Both the position numbers and the translations under genes were made by a program. A model generated the notes under the pieces. That model had not been told where the DNA came from. It made no database searches and saw only the letters and a program-made list of their open reading frames with translations. A stretch of 64,000 nucleotides of DNA. It comes from a candidate division WOR-3 bacterium (lineage in GTDB: Bacteria > Hydrothermota > Tepidihabitantia > Tepidihabitantales > Tepidihabitantaceae). The number at the start of each line of letters is the position of its first letter. Position 1 is the stretch's first letter. Below are positions 1 to 8,202 of the stretch, one piece after another. Where the stretch lies: positions 32,001-96,000 of the forward strand of contig CBFGJX010000002.1 of assembly GCA_965649225.1 (NCBI GenBank), written 5' to 3'.

Positions 1-1953
1 TACAGCTTCGTGTTCCGCGTTGACGGCGGTGAGATGGGCGGCTACGACGATGTCCGTGCCGACATTCTTGCCGAACGCGCCCAGCTCGGCCCTGACGTCG
101 ACCTGACCCGCTGGCGTTCGAAGTATGCCCACGTAACCGTATCGGCCCGCCGCGACCGCAGACCGATACTGCGCTATGGTTATGGCGCGGGCGAATACTG
201 GGCTGTCGGCGCCGTGGCGCTGGAGCGTGCCCGGCTGGCACTGGGGAGTGAAGCTCGGTTCACCCGGTTGTACTTCATTCATCCGGTGGTCTACTTCGAG
301 TTTGAGGACCCCGCTGGTCGACGGGTGATTTACAGCGAGCACTTCGAGCGTTCCTGGGACAGCCGGGAGGCCTTTGTCGCCGAGGTTGAACAGAACATCG
401 ATGAAATGAGGTCGAGGCACGGTTTCGATGCCGCTGCTGCCGCCGCAGTTCACTTTGCGGAGTGGGAGACAGCACTTGCAGCCGATTTCCGTGACTACAC
501 CGAGGTTTTCGTGCCCAGCGTCGGTCGGGCCCCGTTCTACGACTGGAGCTACGGTTGTACTCCGACGTCGGGCGCAATGGTGCTGGGCTACATCGATCGC
601 ACGCAGGACTACGGTAAACTCATCAAGTGGTTCGCTCAGCGCTACGACATGGTCGAAGGCGAACCCGACTGGCAGATTCCCAATGCCCAGCGTGAGTGCG
701 CAATCGCGATGGGCACCGACACGACCCGCGGCGGCACGTCGATATACGGCATCGCCGGCGGCCTGCAGTCGGTAGGGATGGCCAACGGCTACGTGTTCAC
801 GATGCTCGATGCACTGGGCGCGTCATGGAACGACTGGTGCTGGGATACGATCAAGATGGAGATCGATGCCGGCCGTGCCCACGTCTGGTCTGCTTTGTGG
901 GCGATTCATTCGCTGGCTGCGTTCGGCTACCGCGAGCCACAGAAGGATGTTTATGTCCACAACACGTGGTGGGCTCCGGCTGAGTGGTGGGGACATTCGG
1001 GCAACGATTTTGCCCACGTTGCGTCGCCCGATCCCTGGGGCGGCGATCCCCGGCGGCTGGAGCTCGTCTACCCGAAGGGAGACACCAACTACAACAGCAA
1101 TGGTCGCGGGCAGCAGTTCTATGTCGGCGACACTGTCCGTGTTGTCTGGGCAAATTTCGGACCGTCCGGCTCACGCGTTGGCATTGATCTGTCCCTTAAC
1201 GGAGGCAAGGACTGGACGGTGCTTGATGACAACGTACCTGATACCGGCGCGTGGAATTGGGTTGTTTCGACCGAACTTCGCCGTAATGACTCAACACGGC
1301 TGCGTCTGCGGCAGTACAGCGGTACCGCCATGACCTCCGCGGACGGGAGTTTTGGCAACTTTCTCATACTGCGTGAGCCGTTGCCACCACCACAAATTGC
1401 TCCGCCGAACGGGCTGCCGGTCTTTGACCCGCCGGTAGTGGTGGAGGTTGATTCAAGCCGCGCCAGAGCCGATAGTTTCGATTTCAAGCTGATACTCGGA
1501 ACCGACACGCTCCTGCGGCACACCGGAACGAGTCCGCGCTGGTCGCTTGACGGCTATCCGTTCATTTACGGTCGTATCTACAAGTGGGTTGTGCGCGGGC
1601 GCAACAACTACGGCTGGAGCGAATGGTCGGCGCCGTGGTCGTTTCGCATCCTTTTCCAGGGCATTGAGGAGACCGTCGGTCGCCCGGTGTCCGGTTCGGC
1701 TGCGCTACCAGTTACGATTGCCCGGCTTAGTGCCGGACAACTGGAATTCGGCAGCCGAAAACCGAATCCCAGCAGGGTCATGACAATCTTCGATGCCGCG
1801 GGCCGGGTGGTAGTGTCGATTTCGCCATCACGGCGTGACGGGACATTGTCGTGGAATATGTGCGATAACTCCGGTAAGACTGTCGGGCCGGGCTGCTACA
1901 TCGCCTTACTCGAGCCGGGTCGGGTTATGTGCAAGCTTGTGCTGATGCGCTGA
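1..1953 (+). CDS. Secreted papain-like (C39/C10-like) cysteine peptidase with Ig/Fn3-like domains and FlgD/T9SS-like C-terminal domain; 5' truncated
   Basis: Frame open from base 1; WSYGCTPTSGAM (Cys), HSLAAFGY (His), VHNTW (Asn); C-terminal IFDAAGRVV...WNMCDNSG...PGCY...KLVLMR. Confidence 0.7.
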   Translation, partial: YSFVFRVDGGEMGGYDDVRADILAERAQLGPDVDLTRWRSKYAHVTVSARRDRRPILRYGYGAGEYWAVGAVALERARLALGSEARFTRLYFIHPVVYFEFEDPAGRRVIYSEHFERSWDSREAFVAEVEQNIDEMRSRHGFDAAAAAAVHFAEWETALAADFRDYTEVFVPSVGRAPFYDWSYGCTPTSGAMVLGYIDRTQDYGKLIKWFAQRYDMVEGEPDWQIPNAQRECAIAMGTDTTRGGTSIYGIAGGLQSVGMANGYVFTMLDALGASWNDWCWDTIKMEIDAGRAHVWSALWAIHSLAAFGYREPQKDVYVHNTWWAPAEWWGHSGNDFAHVASPDPWGGDPRRLELVYPKGDTNYNSNGRGQQFYVGDTVRVVWANFGPSGSRVGIDLSLNGGKDWTVLDDNVPDTGAWNWVVSTELRRNDSTRLRLRQYSGTAMTSADGSFGNFLILREPLPPPQIAPPNGLPVFDPPVVVEVDSSRARADSFDFKLILGTDTLLRHTGTSPRWSLDGYPFIYGRIYKWVVRGRNNYGWSEWSAPWSFRILFQGIEETVGRPVSGSAALPVTIARLSAGQLEFGSRKPNPSRVMTIFDAAGRVVVSISPSRRDGTLSWNMCDNSGKTVGPGCYIALLEPGRVMCKLVLMR

Positions 1954-1985
1954 GCTGTTACGAGCCATCCGGGCGACACTGGCCG

Positions 1986-2954
1986 CTAGATGTGAAATTC
2001 TACAACGTCGCGGTCTTGCAGGATCTGGTTGCGCTCAACCCGCTGCCCGTTGAATCCGCTCGCGTTCCAGAGCCGGGCATAGCTCAGGTTTCGGGCAATG
2101 TCCTTATGCAGGTTGTAAGCGGCATCAATTATGGTAGCACCGCGTTTGAGAATAACCGGGTCATGCATTTCTGGCGGTTTCCCCGGTTTTTTCGTGTAGA
2201 CGCGAATCACCTCGAGCGTTTCGAAAACGCGCCGGCGCAGGTCTTCGAGCCCGGTGCCGTGCTCGGCTGAAACAAGCAGCATCGGCACGTCCCCGAGCAT
2301 CTCGCGCAGGACTGCCAGTCGGTCGAGGGCGGCCGGGTCGTCGCATTTGGTACCCAGCCGGATCAGCTTCTTCGGAGTAACCCCTTCGGTCGGATTGAGC
2401 GCAATGCGGGCTTGAGCAAGCAGGCTGTGCAGCAGTTCGGTATTCTCGAGCAGGGCGTCGTCGGCGAGGTCGTAGAGCAGGGCGAGTACATCGGTCGTGC
2501 GCATTATGTGGTAAAGCCAGGGCGGTGCATCCGGCGCAACCGGCGGCATGTCCACAAGCTGAATCTGGATGTCCTCGAATTCCATCATACCGGCCTGCGG
2601 TATCGTTGTCGTAAACGGGTAGGCCGCTACCTCCGTCGCGAGTCCGGTCAATGCGCGTACCAGAGCTGATTTGCCCGAGTTGGGCACGCCGACGGTCACG
2701 ACCTGGCCCGCGCCCTGTTTCTCGACGTGGAACCAGTCGCCGCGCCGGCCACCAGCAGACTTGCTCGATGCTGAGAGTTCCTTCTTCAGCTTGGCGATGC
2801 GTGTCTTGAGATCGGCCTGCATCTTCTCAGTGCCCTTGTGCTTGGGGATGGTCTGCAGCATCTCCTCAAGGCAGACCAGCTTTTCCTCAGGCGAAGCGGC
2901 GAGGCGGTATCGCTCTTCGGCCTTCTTAAACTCGGGAGAGAGGTTCGCCGGCAC
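1986..2954 (-). CDS. OBG/DRG-family GTPase with C-terminal TGS domain
   Basis: PKHKGTEK, G1 GVPNSGKS, G2 YPFTT, G3 DMPP, G4 TKCD; IRVYTK...LQDRDVVEFH TGS domain. Confidence 0.9.
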   Translation of the reverse strand: MPANLSPEFKKAEERYRLAASPEEKLVCLEEMLQTIPKHKGTEKMQADLKTRIAKLKKELSASSKSAGGRRGDWFHVEKQGAGQVVTVGVPNSGKSALVRALTGLATEVAAYPFTTTIPQAGMMEFEDIQIQLVDMPPVAPDAPPWLYHIMRTTDVLALLYDLADDALLENTELLHSLLAQARIALNPTEGVTPKKLIRLGTKCDDPAALDRLAVLREMLGDVPMLLVSAEHGTGLEDLRRRVFETLEVIRVYTKKPGKPPEMHDPVILKRGATIIDAAYNLHKDIARNLSYARLWNASGFNGQRVERNQILQDRDVVEFHI

Positions 2955-2959
2955 GCCTA

Positions 2960-2987
2960 TTTATAGCCGAAACTGCTCACAGCGCAA
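2960..2987 (-). promoter_or_regulatory. sigma70-like promoter of GTPase gene
   Basis: TTGCGC-N16-TATAAA; GTG start 5 nt downstream, no SD. Confidence 0.5.
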
Positions 2988-3012
2988 GAACCCCGCAGAC
3001 GGGGTCCTTGCG
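2983..3012 (-). terminator. Hairpin after hydrolase gene, possible terminator
   Basis: CGCAAG-a-ACCCC gcagac GGGGT-c-CTTGCG; no strong U tract. Confidence 0.35.
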
Positions 3013-3025
3013 AAACAGACGCAGG

Positions 3026-4456
3026 CTAATCGCCAGTTGCAAAGCGCTGCAGAATCCAGTCGCCAAACAGAGCAAGGGCCTTGGGAGCGATCGTTTCCTC
3101 AATTCGCGCGTATTCGGTGACCGCGCCAGTCGTCGCAGTCTGTAACAAGTGATTCAGTCCGGGCAGTTCCTTGACCGTCCAGTCAGGGTTACCGCCGGCC
3201 CTGAGTACAGTTTTGATGGCGGCGAGGTTTTCGCGCGGGGAAACCTGAACATCTTTTTCGCCGATAACCGCCAGTACCGGGACCTTGAGTCGACGCAGTT
3301 CAGGGGCCGGGTCGTAGGCGACGAACTGGCGGAACCAAGGGGTGAGCGCCGTCCTGGCCTGGGCCGCGATGGCCTCGGCCGATTGAAGCGCACCGGGTTG
3401 TGAATCGGGCAGTGCCTCGGCTGCCTGAGACAGCAGTTGGCGCAGGCTGGCGCCAGCTACGGCGGTGTCAGTCGCGCTCAAGACAATATCCAGTACCTGA
3501 CGCTGAAGTGCGGCCGCCGCGTCTGCAGCCGAATCGGACTCGCCGGCTGATCTGGCAATGAGACGGGATTGAAGCACGAGCAGTGAGTCGCCGCGCAGGC
3601 CGGTGCCGGCCATCAGGATGACAAACGCGACCCCACCGCGATTGGCGACAATCGGGGCGATAATCCCGCCTTCACTGTGTCCGAGCAGGCCGATGCGGCC
3701 AGGGTCAATTTCAGGGCGAGTTTTCAGGTAGGCAACGGCCGCAGCGGCATCGGATGCCATGTCTGTGGTGGTGGCAGTCGAGAAGTCACCGGTCGACTTG
3801 GCCACGCCCCGGTCGTCATAGCGAAGCACCGCGATGCCGCGTCGGGTCAGGTAATCAGCTATCACAAGGAACGGCCTGTGGCCGAACACCAACTCATCGC
3901 GGTCTTGGGGGCCGGAACCGGAGATGAGTACCAGGGCGGGGAATCGGTCACCCGAGTCAGGCAAAGTGAGGGTGCCAGCGAGTGTGATTCCGGCAGCCGG
4001 GTTCACAAATTCCACTTCCTCAACCCGATAGGGGAATGGTTCCTTTGGTTCCTGGGGGCGGACAGGGGCGGCAAGCCCGGTATTGCGGCGCAACGTCAGC
4101 GGCAGACTGAGCGGGCCTTGTTTCCAGACGCCGGACAGCACGCTGTCACCAGGCTGGAGCACGGCTTCAAACGAGCCGAAAGCCGACGGTATCTTCAGGG
4201 TCAGTCTGCGTTTGGCAAAGGACACGTCGGCGGCTTCGAGTCCGAAGGCGCCCTGGTCCGGGCTGTCCATTGTGGCCGCCAGCTTGCCGTCACCGGTGCG
4301 GGCCACGTGCAGCACAATTGTCAGTTCGCCGCCGGGAACCGCAAGCTTGCCCTGCCAGTCGCCTTCCGGATTGCCGACCCTGCCGCGGCAGCCCGAGCAG
4401 AGCGCAAGGACCGCGGCAAGAAAGATAGTCGTTATGAGAGTCCGATGTACAGTCAT
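3026..4456 (-). CDS. Lipoprotein alpha/beta hydrolase (S9/S15-like)
   Basis: Signal peptide with Cys; ISGSGPQDRD, GHSEGG nucleophile elbow, GEKDVQV, LNHL; SD GGAGG. Confidence 0.85.
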   Translation of the reverse strand: MTVHRTLITTIFLAAVLALCSGCRGRVGNPEGDWQGKLAVPGGELTIVLHVARTGDGKLAATMDSPDQGAFGLEAADVSFAKRRLTLKIPSAFGSFEAVLQPGDSVLSGVWKQGPLSLPLTLRRNTGLAAPVRPQEPKEPFPYRVEEVEFVNPAAGITLAGTLTLPDSGDRFPALVLISGSGPQDRDELVFGHRPFLVIADYLTRRGIAVLRYDDRGVAKSTGDFSTATTTDMASDAAAAVAYLKTRPEIDPGRIGLLGHSEGGIIAPIVANRGGVAFVILMAGTGLRGDSLLVLQSRLIARSAGESDSAADAAAALQRQVLDIVLSATDTAVAGASLRQLLSQAAEALPDSQPGALQSAEAIAAQARTALTPWFRQFVAYDPAPELRRLKVPVLAVIGEKDVQVSPRENLAAIKTVLRAGGNPDWTVKELPGLNHLLQTATTGAVTEYARIEETIAPKALALFGDWILQRFATGD

Positions 4457-4609
4457 TGGTTACCTCCGGCGCGTTCACGCGCCAGTGCTGTCAGCAGCCG
4501 TGTTCGGACCGGTTCTGGCTACAGTCCTTCTTTGCAGCCTGAATTGTCCGGTGAAGCAGCTACCCGGGTGAGCAGGTTGCTCGCAGGTCTGGGTGGGCTC
4601 GCTAGTTCC

Positions 4610-4790
4610 GATTCTTGTTGTCATCGGCGTCACCGTCAGCCTTGCGCGGTCCTGACGATGGACCTTAACCTCGACCTTTCGGCCACGTTCGACGCTGCCT
4701 ATCATCTCCTTGAGGTAAGGGCCTGAGTCGTCCATCTGCGAGTCGCCGTATGCATTTACACCAGAGAATCTGACCGAACCAGCCGGAAGT
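4610..4790 (-). pseudogene. Possible degraded PDZ-domain fragment
   Basis: DDSGPYLKEMIGSVERGRKVEVKVHRQDRARLTVTP resembles the end of HtrA-type PDZ domains; no SD, upstream in-frame TAG. Confidence 0.25.
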
Positions 4791-4920
4791 GCCACTCGAT
4801 TTGCCACCCTTGCTTCGCGTCTCTACACTTCGTGCCAGCAACGAGGGGCGATGAGCGCAAGCCCGTCCAGAACGGTAAGAGCCGCTTCTCAATTACTGCT
4901 ACTTCGTCGGCCGGGTAGCG

Positions 4921-6201
4921 CTAGACGCGTTCTCCGGCCGCCACGTCAAAGAACACCAGTCCCGACACCAGCTTGGGATAGAAATCGGTTGACTTCTGAG
5001 GCATGCGTTCGCCCTGTTCAGCAACACGATTTACCTGTTCGGCCCGGGTAGGATTCAGAAGAAGAGCGACCTGGCATTTTGAGGAATCGACCTTGGCCAT
5101 TGCTGCTTCGATGCCGCGTTCGTAGGCGACGTGATCCTCAACCCCTTCGGCTGGTACGCCAAATACCCGGTCAATGATTAGAGTATGTAACACCGCCACG
5201 TCCAGTTCGCGGTAGTCGTCCGATCGGTCAGGCAAGGCTGCCTGCATCGCCGCTTTGTTTTTCAGGCGCAGGAGGAAAGTTTTGCCCTTGCCCGCGTAGA
5301 GTCCGAATGCATGCTCGCCCGGACTGGCTGCACAGAATAGTTCGGATTCGACTTGGACAGCATCGATTGGAGTCACCGCAAACTGGTCGGCCAGTTTTGC
5401 AAGTGCCCGGTCAAGATTGAAGTCAGCCAGTCCGTGCAAAAGTCGGTGGGTAGGCAGAATTACCAAGCCCGGGTCATTGATGTTGATGAACGCCGTGGTC
5501 TTGAAGCGCAGAGCCGCATCTTCGGGTACGGTGATAGCGGCTTCGCGTTCCTTGCGGTAATTGAGCGCGGTTTCGTATCGGTGATGGCCGTCGGCAATCA
5601 ACATCTTCTTGTCGGCGAGAAAGTCACGTACCGCACGCAGCTTTGCCGGGTCGGTCACAGCCCAGACTTTCTGGGTTACACCGTAGTCATCAGTTGCTTG
5701 CATCAAGGGCGGGCCGGAGGGCTCAAGGGTGCGGTCGACAATGCCGTCCGGGTCAGGATAGAGCAGAAAGATCTGCTCGAAGTCCTTTTCGGTCGCACGC
5801 AACAGGTTGAGCCGGTCGGCCTTGGGTTTGGACAGTGTACGTTCGTGGGGTAGTACCGACCCCGAACCGAATTCCTCAACCCTCACAACGCCGATGAAAC
5901 CGCGGCGCAGATACTGCTTCTGGTTGAGTTCAAACAGCTGGTGGATAACATAGAAAGCCGGCTGCTCGTCTCGAATCAGTGTGCCGTCAGCTAGCCAGTG
6001 TTGCAGTGTCTTCTTCGATTCGGCGTAAGGATCACTAGCCCGGGCAAGAATCAGCCGCACAAAGGACAGCGGATCCCGGTCGTAGTAAGCAGCCTGCATT
6101 TCCGGCGTTATCTTGTCATAGGGCTGGGTGATGACGCGCGACAGGTCAGAGACCTTCAGCGGGTTATAACGGATTCCTCGAAACGGTCTTACATCAGCCA
6201 T
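4921..6201 (-). CDS. DUF1015 family protein
   Basis: VRPFRG..Y, PYDKI, PHERT, IADGHHRYETA, PTHR, MPQKSTDFYPKL. Confidence 0.9.
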   Translation of the reverse strand: MADVRPFRGIRYNPLKVSDLSRVITQPYDKITPEMQAAYYDRDPLSFVRLILARASDPYAESKKTLQHWLADGTLIRDEQPAFYVIHQLFELNQKQYLRRGFIGVVRVEEFGSGSVLPHERTLSKPKADRLNLLRATEKDFEQIFLLYPDPDGIVDRTLEPSGPPLMQATDDYGVTQKVWAVTDPAKLRAVRDFLADKKMLIADGHHRYETALNYRKEREAAITVPEDAALRFKTTAFININDPGLVILPTHRLLHGLADFNLDRALAKLADQFAVTPIDAVQVESELFCAASPGEHAFGLYAGKGKTFLLRLKNKAAMQAALPDRSDDYRELDVAVLHTLIIDRVFGVPAEGVEDHVAYERGIEAAMAKVDSSKCQVALLLNPTRAEQVNRVAEQGERMPQKSTDFYPKLVSGLVFFDVAAGERV

Positions 6202-6207
6202 CTCGCC

Positions 6208-7110
6208 CTACCTCCCGAGCAGCGCTTTGCGGACTTCTTCGGCGATTGCGATGCCGGCACGCTCTTGTCCCTCTCGGGTCTGAGCACCGATGTGGGGGGT
6301 GCCAATGACATTAGGCAGCTCGTACAGCCGGAAGTCCTGCAGGGGTTCGGTCTCATATACGTCAAGCGCCGCCATCGCTACGTGGCCCGACTTGAGCGCT
6401 TCGTAGAGTGCGGCCTCGTCGATGATTCCACCGCGGGCGCAATTGATGATGATGACGCCTCGTTTCATTTGGGCGATTGTTTCCGCATTGATCATGTGGG
6501 TTGTTTCCGGCGTCTTGGGGACGTGCAGCGAGATGTAATCCGCCTGCTTAAGCAGTTCCGGCAACTGGCAGAGCTGGCCGAACTGGCATTCTTTGATATA
6601 TGGATCAAGCACCATCACGCTCATGCCCATGGCGACGGCCCGCTTGGCGAGCTCGGAGCCAATCCGACCGGAACCAATCAGTCCCAGCGTCTTGCCGTAG
6701 AGCTCGGTTCCCTTGAAGGCTTTCTTTTCCCACTTCTTCTCGCGCAGACTCTGGGTCGCCTGAGGGATTGAACGCGCGCAGCACAGCATCAGGCCGAGTG
6801 CCAGCTCGGCGACCGAGATTGAGGTAGCGGTCGGCGTGTTGACAACCTTGATTCCGCGTGCATCCGCGGCCTTCTTGTCGACGTTATCCAGACCGACGCC
6901 GGCGCGGCCGATTACCTTCAGGTTTGTGCCGGCATTGATGACATCGGCGGTCACCTTGGTGGCGCTGCGGACGATTATCGCGTCATAGGCCGGGATGGCC
7001 TTGATCAGCTCTTCGGCAGGCAGGCCGGGACGCTCATCAACCTCGATGCCCGCTTCACGCAACATTTGAACACCACTTGGTGCAATCGGGTCAGTTACTA
7101 TGACTTTCAA
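6208..7110 (-). CDS. serA: D-3-phosphoglycerate dehydrogenase-like D-2-hydroxyacid dehydrogenase (no ACT domain)
   Basis: VRSATKV, GRAGVGLDNVD, GSGRIG, NCARGG, DVYETEP, TPHIGAQT; TTG start at 7110 after SD GGAGGA. Confidence 0.8.
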   Translation of the reverse strand: MKVIVTDPIAPSGVQMLREAGIEVDERPGLPAEELIKAIPAYDAIIVRSATKVTADVINAGTNLKVIGRAGVGLDNVDKKAADARGIKVVNTPTATSISVAELALGLMLCCARSIPQATQSLREKKWEKKAFKGTELYGKTLGLIGSGRIGSELAKRAVAMGMSVMVLDPYIKECQFGQLCQLPELLKQADYISLHVPKTPETTHMINAETIAQMKRGVIIINCARGGIIDEAALYEALKSGHVAMAALDVYETEPLQDFRLYELPNVIGTPHIGAQTREGQERAGIAIAEEVRKALLGR

Positions 7111-7147
7111 GGTATCCTCCGAGGGTTGTTTTCTTACGGCTGTGGCA

Positions 7148-7175
7148 ATGGTAGTTGATTGGCAGGGCAAGTCAA
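7148..7175 (-). promoter_or_regulatory. sigma70-like promoter of serA-DUF1015
   Basis: TTGACT-N16-TACCAT. Confidence 0.6.
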
Positions 7176-7210
7176 CCCGATTGTCCGAACTGATGGGTTA
7201 CTTGACAGAA

Positions 7211-7239
7211 CGCCGGGGGCGATTCTCGCGCCCCCGGCG
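7211..7239 (-). terminator. Probable intrinsic terminator of lipoprotein gene
   Basis: 11-bp perfect stem CGCCGGGGGCG/CGCCCCCGGCG just after the stop. Confidence 0.6.
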
Positions 7240-7254
7240 CCCGTGACGATTCAA

Positions 7255-7968
7255 TTAGTTCACGTTTACCGAAACCGAGATGTCGAAGGTTCCTCCGTCC
7301 CACGTTCCTTGGAAGCGCAGGATGTGGTTGCCGGCAGGCATTGGCAAGCCGCCCATGTTCCAGCCGTCAGAGGTGTAAGTCTGACCGCCGGTTTTGGGCC
7401 CAACCTGCCGGCTGTCTTCGTATTCGACTCCGGGCTCGTCGGGGAAGACAACGGAGAAGCGGGTAATCGTCATGTCATAGTTGGGAGTGTAGGAGAAGTT
7501 GGTTATGGTTCCGCCCTGGGTGCGTGACCCGGATGCCGTTATCTTGAGTTCTCGGTAGATGAGCATCACGATTTCGCCAACATCGGTGGTCTTGCCATCA
7601 ATGACTGTAACCTGGCTGCCACCATAACCTGGACGGTAGGTGCCGCCGTGGATACCGACGATGTCACGGTCACTGATCACGCCGTCCCCGTTGAGGTCTT
7701 TCCATGCCAGCAGGTAGTAGTAGCCAGGCAGAACATCTTCGAACTCGAACGGTGACCTGACCGTGTTGCCGGGTTGTGATGCTACTTCCTTGACGGGGTT
7801 GCCGGTTAGGTCTGAGGAGACAAAGAGCTGCACCCGGCAGTTTGTTACATCACCGGTCTGACCGGTTTGCAGGATCAGGGTCCCGGTCAGCTTTGTCGGT
7901 CGGTCGCAGCTGAACAGCAGCACAATCGCCGCAGCAGCGGTCGCGAGCCGGTAGAACGTCCTCATCAC
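7255..7968 (-). CDS. Lipoprotein with beta-sandwich domains and DxDxDG-like Ca-binding loop
   Basis: Lipobox LLFSC; PGYYYLLAWKDLNGDGVISDRD; SD AAGGAG. Confidence 0.7.
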   Translation of the reverse strand: MMRTFYRLATAAAAIVLLFSCDRPTKLTGTLILQTGQTGDVTNCRVQLFVSSDLTGNPVKEVASQPGNTVRSPFEFEDVLPGYYYLLAWKDLNGDGVISDRDIVGIHGGTYRPGYGGSQVTVIDGKTTDVGEIVMLIYRELKITASGSRTQGGTITNFSYTPNYDMTITRFSVVFPDEPGVEYEDSRQVGPKTGGQTYTSDGWNMGGLPMPAGNHILRFQGTWDGGTFDISVSVNVN

Positions 7969-8046
7969 GTTTTCTCCTTTCGGTCTGCCTCGTTCAATGG
8001 CCCAACTGACAGCCTGTAACAGCTATCGAGACTGGCTGTCAGATGG

Positions 8047-8074
8047 ATATTATTCTAAGCCGTTCATCCGTCAA
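8047..8074 (-). promoter_or_regulatory. sigma70-like promoter of lipoprotein gene
   Basis: TTGACG-N16-TAATAT. Confidence 0.55.
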
Positions 8075-8104
8075 GGGGCGCGTCGTTCAAAACAGCGCTG
8101 GCGC

Positions 8105-8132
8105 TTGACTTGATGAATGTTTGCCGTAGGCT
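8105..8132 (+). promoter_or_regulatory. sigma70-like promoter of TPR gene
   Basis: TTGACT-N16-TAGGCT. Confidence 0.55.
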
Positions 8133-8202
8133 TGCTTCTAATGGAGAGATGTCCGCATAACCGCAATTCCGAGTCTGACCTGCTCCATTTCCCTGGAATC
8201 TG

